IMG/VR virus record: IMGVR_UViG_3300007735_000782
Origin: an uncultured virus (IMG/VR IMGVR_UViG_3300007735_000782)
Lineage: Duplodnaviria > Heunggongvirae > Uroviricota > Caudoviricetes
Reading direction: 5' to 3' (one strand)
Length of the DNA stretch: 64,000 nucleotides
The translations under genes were made by a program, and so were the position numbers. The notes under the pieces are model-generated. The model was given only the letters and a program-made list of their open reading frames with translations, was not told the origin of the DNA and did not search any database. Within the stretch, counting starts at the first letter, position 1. Every line of letters begins with the position of its first letter. This document shows positions 10,988 through 20,700 of the stretch, piece by piece.

Positions 10988-11802
10988 CAGTTTCCTCCAG
11001 CAAGGCGATCTAATTCGGCAATAGCCTCAGTGCGAAATACAGAAGAAGAACGCACTGGATTTTTCAAACCATCAATGCGGGAGTGCAATTGTTGGTTTTC
11101 AACCTTCAGTCTATCAATTTCATTATGAAGAGAGCCAAAGTGTAAAACCAATGACAAGCGATCATCTAGCTGTTCTTTTAATGAAGATGCTGTTTCTTCA
11201 GCTAAAATCCGTTGCTGCCGCTCTTCAGCAAGCCTGATCTTCCATTCATCACCATTGACTTCCACTAAACGCTCCACCACTTGAGTGATGGGAGGCAATG
11301 GAGCAGCAGGTCGTTTAACGTTTTGCAGCTCCCCTTTGATGCTAGCTAGTTGCCCTGTTAAGGCTGCTGTTTGAGCCTCCATGGTAGAAAGTCGGCGCAT
11401 TAATGACTGGCGGCTTTCCTCGGCCTCAGACAGCGCAATGCGCAATTGTTCGCCTTCGTTTTTTAATGTTTCAATTTCTACTAAATTTGCTTTTCCGCCA
11501 TCGCTTCTAATCTGCACTTGTTTTCTATGTGAACGCAATTCATCCAGGCTCACTTCTTCTGCTTGTGGTACTTTCCATCTTTCCGGGAATGACAATTTAC
11601 GCATATCTCCCGTATCTCGCCAATCCACTTCGTAAATAACGCTCCCAGGTGTTGGCGGCAATTCAATATCTACCTCGCCTTCTTTTACGCGAAAAGTGAG
11701 TTCCTTGTCTGGCCCACCAATAAATGGACTGCTAGTGCGAATATAAAGCCTTCCATTCAGCAATCCATTGATGCCTTCTAACTTACCAATAATACGTGTC
11801 AT
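10987..11802 (-). CDS. Hypothetical protein with long C-terminal coiled coil
   Basis: 271-aa ORF coupled to neighbours; heptad-rich charged C-terminal half. Confidence 0.6.
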   Translation of the reverse strand: MTRIIGKLEGINGLLNGRLYIRTSSPFIGGPDKELTFRVKEGEVDIELPPTPGSVIYEVDWRDTGDMRKLSFPERWKVPQAEEVSLDELRSHRKQVQIRSDGGKANLVEIETLKNEGEQLRIALSEAEESRQSLMRRLSTMEAQTAALTGQLASIKGELQNVKRPAAPLPPITQVVERLVEVNGDEWKIRLAEERQQRILAEETASSLKEQLDDRLSLVLHFGSLHNEIDRLKVENQQLHSRIDGLKNPVRSSSVFRTEAIAELDRLAGGN

Positions 11803-12209
11803 ACAGCCACCTCTCGATAAGTGACAAGCACTTGATAACTAATGCCGCTACTAACTACAGTCTGCAAGCCCTCTCCAGCCGCAGTTTCAAAAACCCCTAA
11901 AGTGTTCCCAAAGATTAATTCTCCCGAAGCTGCAATAGCAAATGGGGGTGTAAGTGTAGTACCTGATGCCCCGCTTCTGAATTGAACTGTTCCACCACTA
12001 GCTGCTCTTACAACAGTGTTTAACACTCGAATTTTATTAGAAGCAACACCAGATACCACCACCACTCCACTGGTCGTGGCCACCCAAGCGCTTTTAATTG
12101 TTTTTGGCACTAAATCATTTTGCAGTATATAAGGATTGGAAAGTGTTCCATCTCCAAATGCCTGCACATAAGCAGAATTACCACCAGCATCAAGACCGAA
12201 GAGAGCCAT
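11799..12209 (-). CDS. Putative virion structural protein
   Basis: Beta-rich small ORF within tail operon. Confidence 0.5.
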   Translation of the reverse strand: MALFGLDAGGNSAYVQAFGDGTLSNPYILQNDLVPKTIKSAWVATTSGVVVVSGVASNKIRVLNTVVRAASGGTVQFRSGASGTTLTPPFAIAASGELIFGNTLGVFETAAGEGLQTVVSSGISYQVLVTYREVAV

Positions 12210-12211
12210 AA

Positions 12212-12607
12212 TTAAAACAGCAAAAATAAAAGACGTTGGTTTTGCACTGAACGTCCATCAGGCAGTGTAACCATGTTACTGGTGGTAAAGTCAAAACGCA
12301 ATGGGGAGGCAATTACTCTAGTGCTATACGCCCAAACGGAACGCTCCCTATTAATTCCAATTGTAGCAATACGAACTTGATATGACGAAAATATATCAAA
12401 TTCATCGGTACTAATACCAATATAATTTTTAGTCGTTTCACCTACATTTACCCACCTGTCCTCTTCTTCTCGATACAATTCAACGTCAAATGAGCGAAAG
12501 AAAGGATGTACATAAGGCGCATTCCAGCAGACTGCTGGGTGAACAGCATTCAAAACAGAATAACCACTATATAACGGTTGCTTCCAAGTGATGTCAACAA
12601 AAGCCAT
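12212..12607 (-). CDS. Fibronectin type III-like tail tip protein
   Basis: 'W..P...VE......W......YQVRIATIG.....S.W' FN3 pattern directly after gpJ-like gene. Confidence 0.5.
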   Translation of the reverse strand: MAFVDITWKQPLYSGYSVLNAVHPAVCWNAPYVHPFFRSFDVELYREEEDRWVNVGETTKNYIGISTDEFDIFSSYQVRIATIGINRERSVWAYSTRVIASPLRFDFTTSNMVTLPDGRSVQNQRLLFLLF

Positions 12608-12609
12608 GA

Positions 12610-14574
12610 TTAACGCACTTGTAATTGAATGGAACCAGCAGACACCACTGGTACAATATTAGATCTTGGCACAGAAGTGCGTTGCTCATCAATACGAGCA
12701 GCAGAATCTGCAATTGCAAATTTACTTGCATCATAAGAAATGGCAATAACCGAAACTATGCCATCGTCTTCAGCCAAACCGACCACTCGGTAAGAACGTG
12801 GATTGGCAACACTTTCCCTTAATATCCAAGGCGCTGGTGCGGCAAGGGAGCCGGGAAGCGATGGGGAAACAGATATAACAGTATGTTCGCCTGCGGCAGT
12901 AGTAACACTTCTTTCGATGCTATTACCATTGCCATCATTCAAAATAATTTGATAACTTATACCAGGAGAAAGGACAACAGCGCGATCTAATGTTACCGTG
13001 TCAACAGTTAAAGCTGGTGCAATACCAGCGGAAAGACCAGCATTGCGATTAGGGTCTGCAATATGAATAATTTCTCCTGGCAACAAAAAGAAACCCTCGG
13101 CACCAATTTTAAAAGTTACAGTTTCGGTTTCGTATAAATCACTTAATAATGTCCATTTACCAAGACGCTGAGCTTGCCCTTGAGAAGTGCAGCCAAACCC
13201 ACGTATATCAACTTCCCTGTAACCATAACGTTCAATTCCAGCCCTATCTTCTACGTATTCAATTTTCACTTTGTAACGATCACCAGGATCATTCCATGAC
13301 ACTAATGCTACTGTTTTCCTTGCTTTTCGAGCGGTGCCTTCGTAAACAAACGGCGGGCTAGTAACATTGCCACTATCATCTACTTCATTAATTACATTGC
13401 TAGAAGAAAATAATTGTGTCACTTGTTTTTCTTTATCTTGCGTAACTACAATCTGCCCTTGAGCGTAATACAACATGCCGCGAAAAACAGCAGCTAATGA
13501 ATTTAATACTTCAAATGCTTCAGCTCTATTGTTTATATAGCCATTAAATGTAAATCGTTTTTCTGTGCCACCGCGCCCATCTGGCACCATCTCATCGCAA
13601 TATTTAGCAATGGGAAGCAAACCGTAAATATCAATATCTTGCGTCTCAACAAATAAGCCAGCACCATACCTTGTGTTAGTCAATAAATCATAAAATACCC
13701 ATACTGGATTGTTGTTATATTCCGTCTTAAAGGTGCCATTCCACACCCCTGAGTAAAGGTTGGAGGCACTATTGTAAATAGTTGGCACACGAATCTTAAG
13801 CCCCTTTAATAGGGCTGATACAGTAGGAATGGTTTGAAAATTTTCCGCTGATACCCTTAACCCAACCATCGCTGTATTTGGGTAGCGCAATGTTTGACTT
13901 ACAATGCCTACAATGGCACGAAAATAAAAATCATTATTTAATCTTACACTAGTTGAATCGGGAGAAAGTTTTGTTACAGAAATTGTCCATGGTCCAGTAC
14001 CACCCAAGCCAAAAGCATGTTCTTGATCATAAGCACTACGAGTTTTGCCAACAATTGCCAATGCTGCGTTTTGAATTTGGCTTCCCAGGCTATCCGTAAT
14101 GGTTACCAAAAAGAAAACAAAACTTCCTCTGGTGTCACCTCTATCGGATATTTGAAATAACGAAGAGACCCCAACCCTTACTATCACTTGATTTAATAGT
14201 GAACTGGTGGTTGTGGCTACAATTGGTCCGTTGGTATTCTTAACCTGCAGCCCTACAGATTGCTCTATTCTTATATCATCGAATCCTGGTAGTGATTGTT
14301 GATTTTGAGTGCCACCATTGAAAACAGTGCTGACACTCGGAAAGCGATTCAATGGGGTGTCATCTAAAAAAATAGAACTTCCGGCATCACGAGCAAAACC
14401 TTCAATTTCGCCTTCTGCAAATACAGCTAAAATACTGGCCGAAGATTTGCTTCTTAATGTATCTGGATCCTCAACAGGCACATAAGGTTTTTTGCCGCCA
14501 CCTCCGCCACCTCCAGCGCCAATAATCTCCACCTGGTCTAATATTTTTTTAAACGAAGAAGAGTCTAATGTCAT
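12610..14574 (-). CDS. Central tail tip protein, lambda gpJ-like (short form)
   Basis: 'EGEIEG', 'YPNTA..GL', 'W.GTFK..Y.NNP.W..YDLLTN.RYG', 'YCDEMVPDGRGG.E.RFT', 'GCTSQGQA.R.GKW'. Confidence 0.92.
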   Translation of the reverse strand: MTLDSSSFKKILDQVEIIGAGGGGGGGKKPYVPVEDPDTLRSKSSASILAVFAEGEIEGFARDAGSSIFLDDTPLNRFPSVSTVFNGGTQNQQSLPGFDDIRIEQSVGLQVKNTNGPIVATTTSSLLNQVIVRVGVSSLFQISDRGDTRGSFVFFLVTITDSLGSQIQNAALAIVGKTRSAYDQEHAFGLGGTGPWTISVTKLSPDSTSVRLNNDFYFRAIVGIVSQTLRYPNTAMVGLRVSAENFQTIPTVSALLKGLKIRVPTIYNSASNLYSGVWNGTFKTEYNNNPVWVFYDLLTNTRYGAGLFVETQDIDIYGLLPIAKYCDEMVPDGRGGTEKRFTFNGYINNRAEAFEVLNSLAAVFRGMLYYAQGQIVVTQDKEKQVTQLFSSSNVINEVDDSGNVTSPPFVYEGTARKARKTVALVSWNDPGDRYKVKIEYVEDRAGIERYGYREVDIRGFGCTSQGQAQRLGKWTLLSDLYETETVTFKIGAEGFFLLPGEIIHIADPNRNAGLSAGIAPALTVDTVTLDRAVVLSPGISYQIILNDGNGNSIERSVTTAAGEHTVISVSPSLPGSLAAPAPWILRESVANPRSYRVVGLAEDDGIVSVIAISYDASKFAIADSAARIDEQRTSVPRSNIVPVVSAGSIQLQVR

Positions 14575-15218
14575 TAGAAGAATGCTGCTTCTGTGCTAAT
14601 AGCGGAACTTACAACTAAAGGAGAAGTGGCTAAAAATTCTCCATATAACAATGGAATTGGCATTCCTTGAGTGGTAAGTTCTGCCGCTCGATCAAACAAA
14701 TAGCTACTTCGAGTTTCATTATCTTTTGGCTTCTTAGGTGTAGGAGTGAGTAAATCTGCAATACCTCCGAGCACTAAAGAAGCACCAAGGCTAAACAAAA
14801 TACTGCCTACACTTATCCCTGCTGCAGCACCCATTTTTAGACCAAATGTACCAATCATTGCTGTTCCTATGCCTGGCACAAAAGCCAAGCCAATTAAAGC
14901 CACTCCTATCAAGATTTTACCTAATGTTGAGCCTCCTGAACCACCGGCTCCAGTGATCACTGGCGCAATAACTAAATTATCACAAGGCATCATGCATTCA
15001 TTGTAATCAATGCCGTCAGGTGCTGCAGTAATTAGCTTGAAAAAAATGCCATTGGAATGTGCATTGCTTAAATATTCTTTAAAACCTTCTAATTGATTTG
15101 AAAGGGCTGAAATAACCTCCTTGGGGTTTAAGGCCATAAATTCATAAGATCGCCCAAATTTACGCCCAAGTTCTCCCAGCAACTTCACTCGCACACAACG
15201 TCGTTCGATTTTGATCAT
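14574..15218 (-). CDS. Tail assembly protein, lambda gpI-like
   Basis: 'L.GELG.KFG', 'PVI.GAG', 'QG.PIPLLYGE'. Confidence 0.9.
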   Translation of the reverse strand: MIKIERRCVRVKLLGELGRKFGRSYEFMALNPKEVISALSNQLEGFKEYLSNAHSNGIFFKLITAAPDGIDYNECMMPCDNLVIAPVITGAGGSGGSTLGKILIGVALIGLAFVPGIGTAMIGTFGLKMGAAAGISVGSILFSLGASLVLGGIADLLTPTPKKPKDNETRSSYLFDRAAELTTQGMPIPLLYGEFLATSPLVVSSAISTEAAFF

Positions 15219-15925
15219 AATAATTCCTTGTGCCTCAATATTTTTGTTGTAATTTTAGCCCAATAGCCACCATAAACTGTACGCTCTGAGCGCCTTCCCA
15301 ATAAATGATGGTAAAACGACCATCCATCTTCCGCTAATACACCAGCATGATTTGGGGATGGTGCTCCAACTTGCATTAATAAAAAATCGCCTTTTTGGCT
15401 TGGCTTCTCAATTTCAATAAAACCTTGATTTGCATAATTACGCTCAAACATACGCCATTCATCATGCTCCCATTCAAGTTCATCACCTCGCGTGAAGTCG
15501 TCAAGCTTAATATTAAATTCACGATCATAAAAATCACGCAAAATAGCATAGCAATCATGAATACCATAAATCCATTGACGGCCTTCATATGGCGCATCAC
15601 CACGCGGATTTGCATAAAAGAAATTATTTGTTTTGCTATTAAAAAGAATCCAAGGTATATTAATTTGCTTGCATGCTTCTACGTCGCAAGGAGAAAAACC
15701 ATCTGGACCATCGGGGTGTGAATGATAAACAGCTTCTATATTCCCCATGGCTTCTGCTTTTGTATAATCAAAAGCTGAAATAGAAAAATTTGACGATGGT
15801 AAAGAATGATTGTTTTCACATTTAATAACAACTCCATTTACAACAAAACCACAAGCTTCATTTGGCCAGACTTCTTTTGCGTGATTTACAATAGCTTGCT
15901 TTATGTTTAGTGAAATGTCGGTCAT
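15215..15925 (-). CDS. Tail assembly protein, lambda gpK-like (JAB/MPN + NlpC/P60)
   Basis: 'PNEACG', 'YHSHP...S..D', 'DCY....D', 'PNHAG'. Confidence 0.92.
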   Translation of the reverse strand: MTDISLNIKQAIVNHAKEVWPNEACGFVVNGVVIKCENNHSLPSSNFSISAFDYTKAEAMGNIEAVYHSHPDGPDGFSPCDVEACKQINIPWILFNSKTNNFFYANPRGDAPYEGRQWIYGIHDCYAILRDFYDREFNIKLDDFTRGDELEWEHDEWRMFERNYANQGFIEIEKPSQKGDFLLMQVGAPSPNHAGVLAEDGWSFYHHLLGRRSERTVYGGYWAKITTKILRHKELL

Positions 15926-17343
15926 CGTGATAAATTAGCCCCAGGGAAAGCTCCGTAAGGAAGTTGAGTGCCGAAACGTAAGCGACAACTATTTAAGCGT
16001 TTACCGCATACGTCTTGATTGAATATTGTACTGCCCGAAGGTAAAGCGGCAAGTGCAGCATTATATGTGGCTTGGGCACTTTGCAATTGACTGTTGGCGG
16101 AATTAAGGGTTGCTTCGCCTGCTGTCACAGCAGCTTGAGCATCAGCGCAAGATGTGCCAGTGGTATCTATTAAGCCAATAGCATATAGCCCCTTCAAAGA
16201 AGCATTGCGCTGCGGCCCCCTTTGATAGCCAACTCCTGAACTCACCAAAGCAACAGTTTGACCGCTAACTACCGCAAGAAGTGGTAAATTACTAAAACTA
16301 CCAGGGGCACTTGGATCTACCGTAGGGAACGCAAAAGAAACTGGATAGTTTTCTGAATAAAACGATTCAACAACTACTAATGGCGTTTGACCACTAGCTA
16401 CTGGTGTTCCCGATGCAACTAAATCTATTTGATACAGAGGTCCAATTGCATTGTCATCAGGGGGAGAAAACATTTGATCAGTGGATACAGAGATGCCTTC
16501 CCTATAACTAGCTGTAGTGCCTTGTAGATCAACAACATTACTTTCTACAATGCCAAATAATGGCTGCCCACTAACAACTAGTGCAAAACTGTAATCTGGC
16601 CCTATTAAATTTGCATAGCTTGTAAGAAGTGGTAAGTTTGCATTATTACAATTAGAAACCACCTGACCTCTAGCTAGATTCAATGAATATTGAGCATTTC
16701 TTTGATACGAGCGAGCAGCTTGAAGAGCATTACTTGCATTGACAAAAGCTTGAGTTGATCCATCAACGCCCGTCAGTGGTTGATCGCGTTCATTCGCAAT
16801 GGGAGGTCCGGTATAACCACATTCGCTACCTCTGTATTTCCATAAACAATAATTTTGAGTGATAACGCGACGCGGCAATTGCAATCCCTCCAAATCAATT
16901 TTATTGGATAATTGCCATGTAATAGATAAGCTTGTCTCGCTAGTCTTACGTTCAATGTAAAAAATATCTACAGGAAATTCTTCTGCCGCATTAGGAGATG
17001 TGCCGTTATCTAGGTATTTGCCTAATGTCCTTCTTCTAATAATTTTGGCTCCTATTAAGTCATCAAAAGCAGTGGTAACTGGCGCTAATGTGCCCAGTAT
17101 ATTTGCAACTGTTAATTCTGGCTGCGGAATTGTTCCCTTGGTCGTTGTTTCAAATCCTGTAGCTGAAATTGGAAATGGTTCGTAAGTTTGTCCTTGCCAA
17201 ATAATTTTTGTACCATCAGGAAAAATATCACTAGTAAAGTAAAATTTATCAGCGTTATTATTGGTTATATCAGAAAGATCAAGTTCAAATAGTTGCACAA
17301 TAGCATCATGCCAACTACTGCGAACATCTTGTTCAATTGTCAT
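15922..17343 (-). CDS. Minor tail protein, lambda gpL-like, with large insertion
   Basis: 'WQGQ.Y.PFPI...GFE', 'C.WKYR..ECGY.G', C-terminal 'DVCGKRL.SC.LRFG...YGAFPG'. Confidence 0.9.
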   Translation of the reverse strand: MTIEQDVRSSWHDAIVQLFELDLSDITNNNADKFYFTSDIFPDGTKIIWQGQTYEPFPISATGFETTTKGTIPQPELTVANILGTLAPVTTAFDDLIGAKIIRRRTLGKYLDNGTSPNAAEEFPVDIFYIERKTSETSLSITWQLSNKIDLEGLQLPRRVITQNYCLWKYRGSECGYTGPPIANERDQPLTGVDGSTQAFVNASNALQAARSYQRNAQYSLNLARGQVVSNCNNANLPLLTSYANLIGPDYSFALVVSGQPLFGIVESNVVDLQGTTASYREGISVSTDQMFSPPDDNAIGPLYQIDLVASGTPVASGQTPLVVVESFYSENYPVSFAFPTVDPSAPGSFSNLPLLAVVSGQTVALVSSGVGYQRGPQRNASLKGLYAIGLIDTTGTSCADAQAAVTAGEATLNSANSQLQSAQATYNAALAALPSGSTIFNQDVCGKRLNSCRLRFGTQLPYGAFPGANLSR

Positions 17344-17345
17344 TG

Positions 17346-17699
17346 CTAACTCCTGAAATCATAATGACGTTTAACTGCAAAAGAAATAACATTTGAATTG
17401 GGACCCAGGCATTGCCAGCTCCATTCATTAGGGTCAAGGCGATACTTATATGCTTGATCATCTTGCTTGAATTGAGAATAAAAGAAATCCCCTTGAAGAT
17501 CGGCTAGGTCTTCGTCTAAGGCAGCAGCTTGTGCATCGGTGATTGGTATGGTCTGTATATCATACTTGCGAATATCACTATTCAGCCCATCCGGTACCAC
17601 CTGTTCATAACCATCACCAAAACTAACTCGTCGCAATCTAGTGCCACGTCGTGCTGTTAAGCCGTATGCAACATTAATGGTAAAAGTGGGTTGGGCCAT
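17346..17699 (-). CDS. Distal tail protein, lambda gpM-like
   Basis: 'V.FGDGYEQ...DGLN'. Confidence 0.88.
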   Translation of the reverse strand: MAQPTFTINVAYGLTARRGTRLRRVSFGDGYEQVVPDGLNSDIRKYDIQTIPITDAQAAALDEDLADLQGDFFYSQFKQDDQAYKYRLDPNEWSWQCLGPNSNVISFAVKRHYDFRS

Positions 17700-17710
17700 G
17701 GTAAAAAAAA

Positions 17711-20700
17711 TTAACGAGAGCTGTAAATAATACCGCCTGGACGGATTTCTTTTAAGATCACCTGCCGAACGGCTCCTTCAATCTCACGACCAAGTTGATT
17801 GCCTTGATTGCCAGTGACTTGACTATCGGACTGTCCATTTTTAACGTTAACAACAATGTTAGTGTTGATGGGGGCTGATGTGCCTTCTGAGCCTCCAGCG
17901 AGCTGCACTGGAACGCTTTTACCGTCAGGCAATGGAATGATGGCTTCGTTATAGCGGCCCTCGCCTACGAGGCCCAGCGTAGGGCCTTGTACGATGCCAC
18001 CGGAAGCAAAGGCAGCGAAACCACCTTGCCATACAGCACCATTGGCTGCGGTTGCCATTCCTGTACTGATCACGCCAGGAAGGCTAAAGTCGGCACCGGG
18101 CTGCAAATTAGATGGCGCGGGCGCAACTCCAGAAACCCCACCAGCGGAAACACCAGGAGTAAACATCTTGAATATATTCATAAGCCCTTGTATTGCTTGC
18201 ATTTCAATATATTTAGTAATTATTCGACTAGCCATATCCAGGAAATAATCCCCAACACTTTGAAACAAAGAAGCAAAAGATTGCTGAACAGTTGCGCTGC
18301 CGCTGATCATGGATTTAAATGAATTGCCAAATGCTTCTCCAATAGATTTAGCACTGCCAATTGCGATTGAAGATGCACTGCCTATTTCTATTAATTCTTT
18401 TTTGGTTTCATTTAATTGTTTTGCTAATTTAACCATTGGCGATTCAACAGCTAGCGCAGCGGTTCTTTCTAGCTGTTCATTAAATAATCTTTGCTGCTCT
18501 GGAATGCCAGCAATAGCAATATTATACTCTGCGGTTTGTTTTGTTAAGAATTTTATTTGCTCTTTTTCTTCTTCCGTCGTAATTTTTTTGTCTTTTAATT
18601 TTGTTAATTCCTCGTTATTTTTAGCTATTTTTTCGTTTAACATTTGCAAGTTATGTGCATTTTCTTTAACTGCTTTGTATTTTTGTACTTCCATATCAAT
18701 AATTTCTTTGGAGGCGCCTTTTAGCTCCAGATTATTGCGCATTTCAAGCAGATCGTTTTCTAGTTGTTGCTCTTTTACTGGGAAGATAGAATCTATATTT
18801 TGCTTTACTAAGGTGATGGTTTGCTCAAGTGCAAGATTGTTTGCTCTTCTGATTGTTTCTAATTTTTCTAAGGCTTTATTTTGCGCATCCTGTTGCTCTA
18901 CTGCTAGTTGACCTTCAAGCTTGTCTTCACGACGCCCCATCGCAAAAGCGCCTGACTTGGTAGTAAGGCCGACCGAGCTAGATTTTGAGCCAGGATCCAA
19001 ATGCATAAGCTGGCTACCTCCCGGCATTGTGCCAGTAACACCAGCAGCACCGCCTAAATTGCCAACATTTGACAATGGCACGGGGACAGAAGTACCTTTA
19101 GGGACAAAAATATCTATAGCACCAGCGCCGCTAGCATATTGCTTATGAGCAGCAATGCCTCGTCCTACTAAATCAGCAATTTGAGCATCTGACATGGAAC
19201 GGCTAAATTGCGCCCCATAGCCCAACTCTGGCGTCACTCCTTGCTGTAACAATGATTTAACAAGAGAAGTTGCATCACCCTTAAGTGCTCCTCGATCCAT
19301 GTTCTGAACATGACCATGCACGAAGCCTGGGGCATTAAATGTTCGTCCAGTATCCCCAAACTTGGCAGCTCCTGGGGTGCCTCCAGTTACGGCTGCTGCT
19401 TTTATACTTGCTGACCTTAAATCTTGAACAGCTTTAACTGCATCTAATTCTGCTTTTCTAATGCTATCAATACGACGGTTTTCAATGGCTTGTAAATCTT
19501 GTTGGAACTTCTTTTGACGAGCTTCAATGGAGTCAAGCCCTGACATTTCACGCTCGAAATAGCTATCTTGCAGTGCTCTCTTGTAATCATATTCAGCATC
19601 ACTCATTCTTAAGCGACTATCAAAAGTGCTTTGATCAAGAGCTACTTGACGGTTCGCTGCTTCTAGTGCTAATTGATCCTGCCTGTTCGCAAGTTTATCT
19701 TGTAGTTTTGCTTGTTTCTCTGCCTCCCTCTCAGCAGTTTTACCATCCTCACCGCCTTCAGGCTTGATTTTTTCAAGCTTCTTTTCTTCTTCTGCTTGTT
19801 TAGTTTTTGCTACATTTAATGCTTCTTGACTTTGTATGATTTTTGTTTGTCCTTCAAGGTAACCTTGTTGAGCGGCTTGAATATTTGCATCAAGTACACC
19901 AAACATTGAAACTTGCACTGTCAAATTTTTAGATAAATTCTTGGGCCCACCTTCTTGAAAGAAGGCCATGTTTGAGGTAAGCCCAAGAGCTTTTAGTTCT
20001 TGTGCTTGTTGCTCGCTAATACTTTTCTTTCCTTCTTTTATTTTTTCTAATAACGCTTTTGCATTTTGCATTCTTTTTGCCATCCCTTTCTCTTCTGCCA
20101 ACGTGGTTACCAGCCCTGCCACGTCACCAGCTTTACCTGCTTGCTTAACAGAATCAGCAAATTGCAACATTTTTTGCTTTGCTTCATCCGCTTTGAATCC
20201 AGCCATCATTAATTTTTCAATCAACATTCCAATCCCCAACAAAGCCACTCCTATAACAGTGGTAGCAAATGCAGTTTTAATAATTCCAGAAAGAAGTCTG
20301 ATTTTCACTCCCGTCGCAGCAGCCGTTAAACCCAACCCATACGTTGCGGCTTTAAATGATCCCAGCGTACTCATTCCTCGGAGTTGCGATGCTGTGAATG
20401 CTACAAAAGCAGGAACTGCCGCAAGTAAATTTCTTACTAGTGGGATAAGTGCGCTGAGATTAAGTGCTTGAATAGCAATGGTAAGGGGAAGTACGGCTAA
20501 ATACACACGAGCCAAGTATCCAACAAATGGATTGCCTGCAATTTGTAATAAAATCGAACCCAACGACAATGCAGTCTTTCCAAAACTTTGCAACAATGGT
20601 AAGATTTGTGCAATATTATTTCGTATTCCATCAAAAGCCGGACGTAATTGTTCCAACTGTTGAGCCAAGGCGTTGCCGCCTGCTGTCTGAGCTGCTTGCC

